From the NCBI GenBank assembly GCA_035250975.1, contig DATFEP010000004.1, positions 31,227 to 95,226 of the forward strand: 64,000 nt of DNA, given 5' to 3'. Within the stretch, counting starts at the first letter, position 1; each line of letters opens with the position of its first letter. Below, one piece after another: positions 38,524-47,936 of this stretch. A program made the position numbers and the translations under genes. The notes under the pieces are model-generated. The model saw only the letters and a program-made list of their open reading frames with translations. It was not told where the DNA came from and ran no database searches. Source of the DNA: Nitrososphaeraceae archaeon (GTDB lineage Archaea > Thermoproteota > Nitrososphaeria > Nitrososphaerales > Nitrososphaeraceae).

Positions 38524-39555
38524 TTGATGAGAACTATTATTTTTGAAAAACCAGGTCTCGAAAATCTTAAAGATATGGAGGTCCCGATTCCAAAGATTAA
38601 TGAAAATGAAGTATTGATAAGAGTAAAAAGGGTGGGTATTAATCCGATAGATTATTTTACGGTCACTGGATTTTACGGTCTATTTTCTGAAAAGAGGATA
38701 TTCCCGAATCCTATGCCGCATATTCCAGGTATGGAGTTCTCCGGAGAAGTAGAAAAAGTAGGTAGCAAAGTTAGTGAAGTAAATGTAAATGATCATGTAA
38801 TCGTCTATAATAGAACCTTTGATTCGGAATGTGATCAATGCATCTCTGGAAGGGAAATGTTATGCAGAAAAGGATCTCTGATAGGAGTTACTACCAATGG
38901 TGGATTATCGGAATATGTATCCTTACGAAAAGAAAATGTCATCAAGATTCCAAAAAATTTAGATTGGAATATTGCTTCAAGTTTGTCAGTTTCTGCTCTG
39001 ACCGCATATCATGCTCTTAACCTTTCTTTAATAACCGAAAATGATACTCTTCTTGTTTATGGTGCATCGGGCAGTACTGGTATGTTTGCTATACAATTCG
39101 GTAAATTAAAAAAGGCTAAAGTAATTGCTGTGAGTAAAAAATCATGGCTGAAAGAACTTGGTGCAGATTTTTCTATATCAGATTATGATAAAGTTCCGGA
39201 AATTACATCAAATTTGACAAGTGGTAAAATGGCTGATGTAGTGATTAACTCCCTTGGAAAACAAACTTGGGAATCAAGTCTAAATTGTTTGAATTTTAAT
39301 GGAAGACTGGTTATCTTTGGAATATTGACTGGTAATATAGTTCAATTTGATCTTCAACCTATTTATCTAAAACAAATTCAAATCATTGGCTCAAATGGCG
39401 GAACTATACTAGAACTAAAAAATATTATAAAATCTTCTAATAGCCTTAAGGTTAGGGTATGGAAGGTATTTTCTTTAGAACAGACTGGAGATGCGTTCAA
39501 AAGTCTATTTGATACCTCCAGAGATGGAAGGATAATGATAGACCTGGAGAGATAG
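38524..39555 (+). CDS. Medium-chain dehydrogenase/reductase (Zn-ADH-like, structural Zn only)
   Basis: GINPIDY, PGMEFSG, D-x2-C-x2-C-x7-C, GASGSTG Rossmann motif. Confidence 0.9.
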   Translation: MMRTIIFEKPGLENLKDMEVPIPKINENEVLIRVKRVGINPIDYFTVTGFYGLFSEKRIFPNPMPHIPGMEFSGEVEKVGSKVSEVNVNDHVIVYNRTFDSECDQCISGREMLCRKGSLIGVTTNGGLSEYVSLRKENVIKIPKNLDWNIASSLSVSALTAYHALNLSLITENDTLLVYGASGSTGMFAIQFGKLKKAKVIAVSKKSWLKELGADFSISDYDKVPEITSNLTSGKMADVVINSLGKQTWESSLNCLNFNGRLVIFGILTGNIVQFDLQPIYLKQIQIIGSNGGTILELKNIIKSSNSLKVRVWKVFSLEQTGDAFKSLFDTSRDGRIMIDLER

Positions 39556-39637
39556 AATGAAATCCAGATAAATCCTAATTTTCACCATCATTGCTATTTT
39601 ATAAAAGTAGGAAATTATGTTTTATTAAGGATATGGT

Positions 39638-40183
39638 TTACTCTAATAATTTGAAATTTATTTTCTTGCCTATTTTAAGGTCATGACTATCTGCAAATCC
39701 TGAAACTGTTTCTAGAACAAATAGTGAATTGGATGCTGGCCTATATGAAGGACAAGATATAAATGATTCGCAGGGTTGTAAATTTTTCTCAATATGCACT
39801 ATGGATAGGTTGCCATCCAACCATACGATATCTATTGGGAATTTCATACCTTTCATCCAAAAACTTTGTTGTTTCGGTTCTTTGAAAACAAATATCATTC
39901 CTTCGTTTTCTTGCATATTGTTCCTTATTGATAGACCATCTTGTTTCTGCTTATCTGTCAATGCAATATCTATATTAATTACGAATCCTCCTATCTCTGC
40001 TATACCCTTCAAATATTGCGTGTCCAAAACATTTTTACTCATTATATCATTGTGAATTTCTTCGGAGGTTTCTGAGAGAACATAAACAAATATTGCTTCA
40101 TTCACATTATATGCTATAAAACCTAAAAGTACTGTGACTATGATTGTCAGTGTTAATCTACTGTTAAAATTTTTTATTTTCAA
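39638..40183 (-). CDS. DUF192 domain protein, membrane-anchored
   Basis: GLSIR...GMIFVF...FWMKGMKFPIDIVWLD...PC...CPSY...VLE. Confidence 0.92.
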   Translation of the reverse strand: MKIKNFNSRLTLTIIVTVLLGFIAYNVNEAIFVYVLSETSEEIHNDIMSKNVLDTQYLKGIAEIGGFVINIDIALTDKQKQDGLSIRNNMQENEGMIFVFKEPKQQSFWMKGMKFPIDIVWLDGNLSIVHIEKNLQPCESFISCPSYRPASNSLFVLETVSGFADSHDLKIGKKINFKLLE

Positions 40184-40243
40184 TATCTAGTCCTCAGTTT
40201 ATTTAAGATTGTTTTTAGGATTTATCTATTTTGTATATTGAAT

Positions 40244-40687
40244 TTATTTATTACTTTCATGGATTTTTGTTTCATTAATTAGGGATCCACAGTTTCTGCA
40301 AAATCTAGGTATGGTTTCATCCTTTTCTAGGTCGGATTGGGGAATGTGTTTTGTAACAGTGATACCACAATTAGGACAAAATCTAGTTGTATTAAACTTT
40401 GACGAATTACTATAATAATAGTTATTTTGAACTGTAGGTTGGACCTCTTCTTTGTGTTTTTTTGCAATTGGTACCACTTTGATATTCTCCCATTTACATC
40501 CTATCTCATCGTATACTTTTATTATTACAAAAACGAAGATAAATTCCATTATGATTGATATAACAAATTTAGGCATCTGTATGTCGTTTTTTATAAAGGA
40601 GTAGACTGTCTGTACTATGATTAATGTTAAAATACTCATTGCCGCAAAGAATAAAATGGAATAAAGTTGATTTGAAAATTTAACCAT
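40244..40687 (-). CDS. Two-TM membrane protein with C-terminal zinc ribbon
   Basis: Two hydrophobic helices; FCPNCG...FCRNCG. Confidence 0.75.
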   Translation of the reverse strand: MVKFSNQLYSILFFAAMSILTLIIVQTVYSFIKNDIQMPKFVISIIMEFIFVFVIIKVYDEIGCKWENIKVVPIAKKHKEEVQPTVQNNYYYSNSSKFNTTRFCPNCGITVTKHIPQSDLEKDETIPRFCRNCGSLINETKIHESNK

Positions 40688-40814
40688 CTGATATTATAGA
40701 ATATTTATACAAATTAAAATAGTCTAATACTCAATTTTTTCAAATTAATAGATAAAATTTTTTCATAATTTTTAAAAATTAGCATTTGACTGCATTCACT
40801 AGTTTAGTTCTCTA

Positions 40815-41012
40815 TTACTGTTTGTAGTCTTCCTGATCCCTTCCAAATGATCTGAAGAAAAATCCACTAAATACCATAATTCCTGCCAAGGCTGTAGCAG
40901 CTATCACTCGTTCAATAGGTAGATTAAGTAGGAAAGTGATGACAAAAGATGCTCCAGCAACAATTGCTGCAATCGGAAACCATTTTCTAATAGCTTCTTC
41001 TTTCCTTAACAT
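40815..41012 (-). CDS. Small two-TM membrane protein
   Basis: 65 aa, two hydrophobic segments. Confidence 0.65.
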   Translation of the reverse strand: MLRKEEAIRKWFPIAAIVAGASFVITFLLNLPIERVIAATALAGIMVFSGFFFRSFGRDQEDYKQ

Positions 41013-41100
41013 GATATTGTTTTGAATTAATGATTGTTAAATATTTCTATGAAATTCCTATACATATTTTAAAGAAAAAATAAGATTTTTTTAGAAATTC

Positions 41101-41268
41101 CTATCTCTGATTTTCTTCGCTACAGTGCGGACATGCTCTCCATGAAACTGGATCATTATAAAATTCATATATCCAGCCATTTCCATCGCAGCTCGAACAT
41201 TCCTCGTGATTGTTTCTCTCATCTATAAAAGATTGAACGTATCGATTCTGATGGGTAACTTTTATCAC
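41101..41268 (-). CDS. 55-aa DnaJ-type zinc-finger microprotein, not in the ORF track
   Basis: GTG start; MIKVTHQNRYVQSFIDERNNHEECSSCDGNGWIYEFYNDPVSWRACPHCSEENQR (CxxCxGxG...CxxC). Confidence 0.6.
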   Translation of the reverse strand: MIKVTHQNRYVQSFIDERNNHEECSSCDGNGWIYEFYNDPVSWRACPHCSEENQR

Positions 41269-41459
41269 ACATTATTATAGAAACTTGTTCTAATTAAACA
41301 TTATGAAAATTATTCTAATACTTAATATTAGAAATTTCATAAGGAATATAATTACTATAATTTCCGGCAATACAATATAACTCGTTTGTTAGACGTTTCT
41401 AAATTTGTGATTTCTATATGAAATAGTTCCTTGAATTACAGATTACATTTTTAACACCT

Positions 41460-42662
41460 TTGTTGTCATCAAAAATTATTATCTTCATGACCAATCTTTT
41501 GAATGAATTATCAATAAGTAATCCACCTACTATTGGAATTATAGGTGGTGGACAACTAGGTAAAATGATCGCCCAGGAAGCTAAAAGGATGTCACTTAAA
41601 GTTATTATTCTTGATCCAAGTAATAATTGTCCTGCCTCTGCTATTTGTGATAAACTTATCGTAGCTGATTTTAAGGATGAGGAGAAAATCTATGAACTTG
41701 CTAATGATTCTGATCTTATAACTTATGAAATCGAATTGGCAAATTCAAGCGCACTAAAAAACCTTGAATCTAACGATTATCCAATATTTCCATCTCCGCA
41801 TACATTAAAAATTATTCAAAATAAATTTAGGCAAAAAACATTTCTAAGGGAAAATAATCTTCCCACAACAGATTTTTACAAAATAGATTCTAAAGATGAT
41901 TTGTTGTTATGTTTAGAGAAATTTGGATTACCAATAATGTTAAAAGCCTCGGAAGATTCTTACGACGGTCATGGCAACCTGCTAATTTCTTCTGCAAATG
42001 AAATTCAGAATGGATTGTCGTACTTTCTAGGTAAAGACATATTTTCAGAAAAATTTGTTGATTTTACAAATGAGATCTCTATAATTGTCGCTAGAAATAA
42101 ATCTGGTCAAACTACATCGTTTCCTGTAGCAGAAAATATCCACAGAGATAATATTTTAGATACGACAATTGTTCCTGCAAGAATTTCATCTACATCTGAA
42201 GAGAATGCCAGAAAGATTGCAGAAAGAGTTGTAAACTGTTTAGATGATGTAGGTCTGTTCGGAATAGAAATGTTTGTTTCAAAGAATGATGAAATTTTGA
42301 TTAATGAGATTGCTCCAAGACCTCATAATTCCGGTCATTATACAGTTGAAGGATGTTCCGTATCTCAATTTGAACTACATATACGCTCCATATTGAACAT
42401 GCCATTAACAAGACCGGAGTTACTTAGACCTGTAGTTATGAGGAATATTTTAGGACCTAGCGGTTTAACTGGCAATTATAGAGTAACAGGATTGACAAAA
42501 CTATTTTCCGTTCCTGGAGTCAAGATCCATCTATATGGGAAAAAAACTACAAAACCTAAGAGAAAGCTTGGTCACATTATTGCATTAGCTAATTCCCTTG
42601 ATGAGGCATTAAAAAGGGCAAATGAAGCAAAAAATTCAATAGATATCATAACAGACTTATAA
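41460..42662 (+). CDS. purK: N5-carboxyaminoimidazole ribonucleotide synthase
   Basis: [31 protein letters not shown]...RKLGH. Confidence 0.96.
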   Translation: MLSSKIIIFMTNLLNELSISNPPTIGIIGGGQLGKMIAQEAKRMSLKVIILDPSNNCPASAICDKLIVADFKDEEKIYELANDSDLITYEIELANSSALKNLESNDYPIFPSPHTLKIIQNKFRQKTFLRENNLPTTDFYKIDSKDDLLLCLEKFGLPIMLKASEDSYDGHGNLLISSANEIQNGLSYFLGKDIFSEKFVDFTNEISIIVARNKSGQTTSFPVAENIHRDNILDTTIVPARISSTSEENARKIAERVVNCLDDVGLFGIEMFVSKNDEILINEIAPRPHNSGHYTVEGCSVSQFELHIRSILNMPLTRPELLRPVVMRNILGPSGLTGNYRVTGLTKLFSVPGVKIHLYGKKTTKPKRKLGHIIALANSLDEALKRANEAKNSIDIITDL

Positions 42663-42672
42663 TTATATACAG

Positions 42673-43197
42673 TTGACTAAAGCGCAAGTAGCCATAATTA
42701 TGGGTAGTGATTCTGATTTGAAAGTAATGAAAGAGGCTGCAGAAATTCTAGAGTATTTTGATATTCCTTATGAAATGACAATAGTTTCAGCTCATAGAAC
42801 GCCTGTAAGATTGATGAAATATTCACTTAATGCAAAGAAAAGGGGAATAAAAGTAATCATTGCAGGTGCTGGGGGTGCAGCCCATCTGCCAGGAATGGTA
42901 GCCTCATTTTCCATCATTCCAGTTATAGGAGTTCCCATTAATAGCTCGAGTTTAAATGGTTTAGATTCTCTATTGTCAATTGTTCAGATGCCTTCTGGAA
43001 TTCCTGTTGCTACAGTAGCTATTAATGGTGCAAAGAATGCAGCTATTTTAGCATGTCAGATTCTAGCTATCGAATCACCGACTATATCAGCCAAGATCGA
43101 CAAGTATAAAGTTCATCTGAACAAGGAAGTACACTACAAACTGGAAAAATTAGAAAAAATTGGATGGAAAGGATATCTTGATTATATTCAAAAATAA
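42673..43197 (+). CDS. purE: N5-CAIR mutase
   Basis: [34 protein letters not shown]. Confidence 0.97.
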   Translation: MTKAQVAIIMGSDSDLKVMKEAAEILEYFDIPYEMTIVSAHRTPVRLMKYSLNAKKRGIKVIIAGAGGAAHLPGMVASFSIIPVIGVPINSSSLNGLDSLLSIVQMPSGIPVATVAINGAKNAAILACQILAIESPTISAKIDKYKVHLNKEVHYKLEKLEKIGWKGYLDYIQK

Positions 43198-43219
43198 AAC
43201 GAATTTTGTAATGATTAAT

Positions 43220-43600
43220 CTAAGATCCCATCATTCCCGGCATTTTTATGGGCGTTCTGTATTCTTGAGTGATGTTGATACCCTCATCAGTAGTCACTCT
43301 TAACTTTTCAAGGTCGCTTCCGGGAGGAGGACTTAATGGATAACTTTGTCCTGGTTCCAATATAGATATCGTCTCACTTTTATTTCCATAATTTATTGTT
43401 ATATTTGTAAGAGGTTGGATTCCGTTATTAGTTATCTTTACCCGTGTATGTGTAAATAGTGACTGTTCTTCCTTCGTTGCGTCGATTTGTAGATCAAATT
43501 TTTTCTTATTAATTAAACTTGTATTACTAATCATGAAAATCAATATTATAATCGCAATTATAGCAGGTATTGACAATAGGTAAATTTTTCTAAAACTCAT
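43220..43600 (-). CDS. Membrane-anchored hypothetical protein
   Basis: N-terminal TM, beta-rich domain, C-terminal YRTPIKMPGMMGS. Confidence 0.75.
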   Translation of the reverse strand: MSFRKIYLLSIPAIIAIIILIFMISNTSLINKKKFDLQIDATKEEQSLFTHTRVKITNNGIQPLTNITINYGNKSETISILEPGQSYPLSPPPGSDLEKLRVTTDEGINITQEYRTPIKMPGMMGS

Positions 43601-43651
43601 TGCTTTTTTTAATCTCTCTGCAGAATATTATCATTTCTATACTTTTATTTT

Positions 43652-44392
43652 TCATTTATCATTTACCTTACTTCTCTTTTCCAGGGAAATCAAGTCATTT
43701 CCCCATTTTTCTAAGAAAATAAGATCCTTTAGATTCATTCTTTGTAGCCATCTTGATCTTTCTAGATCTGGCTTATCTACAAATTCTGAAACATATCCAA
43801 GACACAAATAAGCTATTGGTTTTATATGTCTTGGAATCGATAGTATTTTTTTCAAATCCTTGTTAGATAAAATGCTTACCCATCCTACGCCTACTTCTTC
43901 TGCTCTTGCGGCCAACCAAAGATTCTGAATTGCACAGCAAACACTGTATATTCCAGTGTCAGGTATGGCAGTTGTGCCTATTATAAATGGTCCAAACCTT
44001 GTAGAATCATATGTGATACAGATATTTATATTGGATTCCAAAATTCCTTCTAGTTTTAGAGACTGATATTTCTTCTTCCTTTTCTTATCTGTTTCTAGCA
44101 TTTCTACTGATTTTTTATATTCCTTCAAAAACGAATTCCTTATCTTTTCCCTAGTTTGGATATCTTTTATCACGATGAAATTCCATGGCTGCGAGAAACC
44201 AACTGATGGTGCATGATGGGCTGCATCTAATATCTTGAATAGTGTTGAAATGGCAATATCTTTTTTACTTGTAAAATGTGATCTAACATCTCTTCTTGAA
44301 AATAATATTTTGTAAAATCCTTCTCTTTCTGATTTGGATATTTTAATAAATTTTTTCTCTTTTTTTTCTCTTATATAATTTGAAGCAAGCAA
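43652..44392 (-). CDS. bluB: 5,6-dimethylbenzimidazole synthase
   Basis: RRDVRSHF, AAHHAPSVGFSQPWNF, LKLEGI, AIQNLWLAARAE.VGVGWVS. Confidence 0.93.
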   Translation of the reverse strand: MLASNYIREKKEKKFIKISKSEREGFYKILFSRRDVRSHFTSKKDIAISTLFKILDAAHHAPSVGFSQPWNFIVIKDIQTREKIRNSFLKEYKKSVEMLETDKKRKKKYQSLKLEGILESNINICITYDSTRFGPFIIGTTAIPDTGIYSVCCAIQNLWLAARAEEVGVGWVSILSNKDLKKILSIPRHIKPIAYLCLGYVSEFVDKPDLERSRWLQRMNLKDLIFLEKWGNDLISLEKRSKVNDK

Positions 44393-44543
44393 TATGTTTT
44401 CTTTGAAATATTTGTATATTTATATTTAATATTAAAAATATTTCAATTTCTTCATGTAATGTCAAACTGTCTTTGTAATAGTAACGATTTCCAGTAAGAC
44501 AGCGCAGCGGTCTAAATAACTTAACTATAACAATACATTTTCC

Positions 44544-45134
44544 CTATCTAAAATTTGAACAAACTAGATAAATTTCACTGCTTTCTTGTCTACTTGCCAT
44601 CGGTTTGGTAATAATGACTCTTTCGAAGCTTTCTTTCAATTTGATGATTAGGTCATTTAACATATCTCCCTGGAATACCTTGAAAACTGCAGTACCATTT
44701 CTTTTTAAAACCTTTTTTGCCAAATCAAATACACTCTCTGTCAATGAAATCTGTCTTGCATGATCTAATTCCCAATTTCCACTTACATTGGGGGCAATAT
44801 CTGACAGAATTACATCTGCCTTCTTATCCAGCAATTTATTAAGTTCGGCTATGACTTTTTCATCCTCTATACTACCATGAATAAGTATTGTACCATATAT
44901 CGATTCCATATTTTTCAGATCTATGCCTATGACCTTCCCCTTTTCTCCCACCTCTTCCATTGCAACCTGAATCCATCCCCCTGGAGCACATCCAACATCT
45001 ACTACTATACTTCCCTTTTTTAGGATGTGATGTGTTTTGTTAATCTGCTTTAGTTTGAATGCTGATCTGCTTCTGTATCCTTGATATTTCGCCATTTTTC
45101 TAAACTGGTCTCTTCTTGAATCTTGTAGCTTCAT
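44544..45134 (-). CDS. rlmE: 23S rRNA Um2552 2'-O-methyltransferase (FtsJ/RrmJ)
   Basis: YRSRSAFKL, DVGCAPGGW, SDIAPN, KPMASRQESSEIY. Confidence 0.95.
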   Translation of the reverse strand: MKLQDSRRDQFRKMAKYQGYRSRSAFKLKQINKTHHILKKGSIVVDVGCAPGGWIQVAMEEVGEKGKVIGIDLKNMESIYGTILIHGSIEDEKVIAELNKLLDKKADVILSDIAPNVSGNWELDHARQISLTESVFDLAKKVLKRNGTAVFKVFQGDMLNDLIIKLKESFERVIITKPMASRQESSEIYLVCSNFR

Positions 45135-45211
45135 TTAGTTACCATATTTTAAGATGCAGAAAATCAATATATGTTTAATATTCCAGAATCTTTTATATTT
45201 TTCTTAAATTT

Positions 45212-45225
45212 CCTAGTATACTAGG
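45212..45225. promoter_or_regulatory. Perfect 14-bp palindrome CCTAGTATACTAGG upstream of the TATA-like box of abfD/hcd
   Basis: Read directly; lies between divergent rlmE and abfD; TATATAAA near 45259. Confidence 0.5.
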
Positions 45226-45289
45226 GAAAAACGGAACTACCACGCTCTTTACTAATAATATATAAATAACATTCAGACGTTAATAAAAT

Positions 45290-46810
45290 ATGCCTATTAG
45301 AAACGGAGCCGAGTATATAGAAAGTTTGAAAAATAGAAATCTAAAGGTCTATCTTTTTGGGGAATTAGTCAAAGAACCAGTTGACCATCCTATGATTCGG
45401 CCTTCGATCAATGCTGTGGCAGAAACGTTTGATTTGGCTAACGAAGATCCAGAATTAGCTTCTGCTGAATCTTCAATTTCTGGTTTACGTGTGAATAGAT
45501 TTCTACACATCGCTGAAAATGCTCAAGATCTTGTAAACCAAAATAAGATGCAACGAAAACTTGGACAATTAACGGGTACTTGTTTTCAAAGATGTGTAGG
45601 TATGGATGCATTAAATTCTCTTTATTCTACTACTTTCGAAATTGATGAAAAGAATAACACGCAATATCATCAAAGGTTAAAAGAATTCATAAAGAAAGTT
45701 CAGCAAGAAAATCATGTTATTGGAGGAGCTATGACTGATGTTAAGGGAGATAGAAGTCTCTCTCCATCACAACAAGAAGATCCGGATTTATTCGTACATA
45801 TTACAAAACGGGATGAAAAAGGTGTTTATATTACAGGCGCCAAGGCTCATCAGACAGGATGCATTAATTCTCATTGGATTTTGGTAATGCCTACGATGAG
45901 GCTTAGAAGCGAAGATAAAGATTATGCCATTGTTGGTGCTGTACCAGCAGATGCCCCGGGTATTACCTATATCTACGGAAGACAATCATGTGATACTAGA
46001 AGCATGGAGGGTGGAGATCTCGATTCAGGAAATGCCAAATTTTCAGGACAGGAAGCTATGATGATTTTTGACAATGTCTTTATTCCAACCGATCTTATTT
46101 TCATGGATGGGGAATATGAGTTTGCTTCAATGTTGGTTGAAAGGTTTACTTGTTACCACAGAAGGAGCTATGTTTGTAAGACTGGTCTGGGTGACGTGCT
46201 AATAGGTGCAGCAGCATCAATCGCTGATTATAATGGCGTTTCCAATGTATCTCATATTAAAGATAAATTAGTAGAAATGACTCATCTTAACGAGACGATA
46301 TTTGGCTCAGGCATAGCATCGTCTTATCAGTCATACAAAACAAAGTCTGGCAATTTTCAGAATGATGAAATGCTTGCCAATGTATGCAAACACAACGTTA
46401 CTCGTTTCCCTTATGAGATAGGGAGACTGGCTCAAGATATTGCAGGAGGATTAGTTGTAACAATGCCTTCTGAAAAAGACTTTAAAAGTCCAGAAACTGG
46501 ACCTCTCTTGGACAAATATCTTAAAGGAAGGAAGGGCATCCCCACTGAAAATCGGGTTAGGGCATTAAGATTAATAGAGAATATGACACTCGGAAGAAAT
46601 GCAGTTGGTTATCTTACAGAATCTATGCATGGTGCCGGTTCACCACAAGCACAACGGATTCAAATCGCTAGACAGATGCAATTAGGTTACAAGAAAAAAC
46701 TAGCAAGACGACTAGCAAATATTCCTGAAACAGAAGCAGAAGATCTAATTCAGGAACAATCAGACTATTTTGATAGAATATTCAGAATTAACAAGAATAA
46801 AACAAAATAA
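45290..46810 (+). CDS. abfD: 4-hydroxybutyryl-CoA dehydratase (3HP/4HB carbon fixation)
   Basis: TGTCFQRCVGMD, AMTDVKGDRS, GAKAHQTG, YHRRSYVCK, ESMHGAGSPQAQ. Confidence 0.96.
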   Translation: MPIRNGAEYIESLKNRNLKVYLFGELVKEPVDHPMIRPSINAVAETFDLANEDPELASAESSISGLRVNRFLHIAENAQDLVNQNKMQRKLGQLTGTCFQRCVGMDALNSLYSTTFEIDEKNNTQYHQRLKEFIKKVQQENHVIGGAMTDVKGDRSLSPSQQEDPDLFVHITKRDEKGVYITGAKAHQTGCINSHWILVMPTMRLRSEDKDYAIVGAVPADAPGITYIYGRQSCDTRSMEGGDLDSGNAKFSGQEAMMIFDNVFIPTDLIFMDGEYEFASMLVERFTCYHRRSYVCKTGLGDVLIGAAASIADYNGVSNVSHIKDKLVEMTHLNETIFGSGIASSYQSYKTKSGNFQNDEMLANVCKHNVTRFPYEIGRLAQDIAGGLVVTMPSEKDFKSPETGPLLDKYLKGRKGIPTENRVRALRLIENMTLGRNAVGYLTESMHGAGSPQAQRIQIARQMQLGYKKKLARRLANIPETEAEDLIQEQSDYFDRIFRINKNKTK

Positions 46811-46886
46811 TATTTTTTTCTATTCTATTTTATTTGCAATTTTATTTTATTATAAAAGAAAAAAGAATCAAATTTTGTGACTCGAG

Positions 46887-47873
46887 TTGAAAAATCATCT
46901 GCTAAATGTTTTTAATCTAAACAAGTCATTTCCTAGCAACCAAGATCTGACAAGATCATTTGGTTTCAGAAAAAAAAATGTCGTCAAAGTCATAGATAAC
47001 GTAAATTTTCAACTTGATATTGGTGAAATACTAGTGATTGCAGGTGAATCAGGTTCAGGCAAGACCACTTTAGCTCGATTGATAATGAAATCTATAGATC
47101 AGGATTCAGGAAAAATCATTTTTGATAATGAAGATATCTCAAATCTAAAAGGCAAAGAATTACTAAGGTTGAGAAGAAAGATGCAAATGATACTACAAGA
47201 TCCCTATTCCTCTCTTGATCCTAGAATGAAGGTATTTGATATAATTAAGGAACCATTACAAATACACAATAAATCATTAAAGAAACATGAAACTCGAGAA
47301 ATAATATTTTCTGCACTAAAAAAAGTTAATCTGGAACCTTTAGAAGAAATCTCTAACAAATATCCACATATGCTTTCTGGAGGACAAAGACAGCGAGTAA
47401 GTTTTGCGAGATCTTTGGTATTGCAACCAAAACTTATAATTGCAGATGAACCCGTTTCAATGCTAGATGTTTCTATAAGATTTCAGATTCTAGAATTAAT
47501 GAGAAGGTTGAAGGAGGAAGAGAAAATATCATTTCTGTATATAACTCACGATCTTTCCACTTCGAGAATAGTAGGGGACAATATTATGATCTTATACAAA
47601 GGACAAATAATTGAATATGGGAATATTGAGAAAGTGATTACAAATCCTCTTCATCCATATACCAAAGCCTTAATATCTGCCATCCCCAAAATAAGTAATA
47701 CTGAAGATAAAGAGATCATGATCAAGAATGAATATGATCAATCACATGTTTCGAAAGGATGCAAATTTTTTAATAAATGTATCCATTCTATAAATAAATG
47801 TAACGATGTTGAGCCGGATCTGACGATGGAAGAAAAAGATCATCACGTTCGTTGTTTCAATTACAAGCCTTAA
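46887..47873 (+). CDS. Oligopeptide/dipeptide ABC transporter ATP-binding subunit (OppF/AppF-like)
   Basis: GESGSGKTT, QDPYSSL, LSGGQRQR, DEP, HPYTKAL, C-terminal Cys cluster. Confidence 0.92.
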   Translation: MKNHLLNVFNLNKSFPSNQDLTRSFGFRKKNVVKVIDNVNFQLDIGEILVIAGESGSGKTTLARLIMKSIDQDSGKIIFDNEDISNLKGKELLRLRRKMQMILQDPYSSLDPRMKVFDIIKEPLQIHNKSLKKHETREIIFSALKKVNLEPLEEISNKYPHMLSGGQRQRVSFARSLVLQPKLIIADEPVSMLDVSIRFQILELMRRLKEEEKISFLYITHDLSTSRIVGDNIMILYKGQIIEYGNIEKVITNPLHPYTKALISAIPKISNTEDKEIMIKNEYDQSHVSKGCKFFNKCIHSINKCNDVEPDLTMEEKDHHVRCFNYKP

Positions 47874-47936
47874 TTTCTATAAATTTCTGTTCTATTCTAT
47901 TTTTTACACTTTTTTCGTTATTATATTCTTTAATTT

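Noticed and set aside
23151-41400. Provirus or integrative element at tRNA-Cys
   Set aside because: No integrase, no duplicated tRNA 3' end and no viral structural genes seen.
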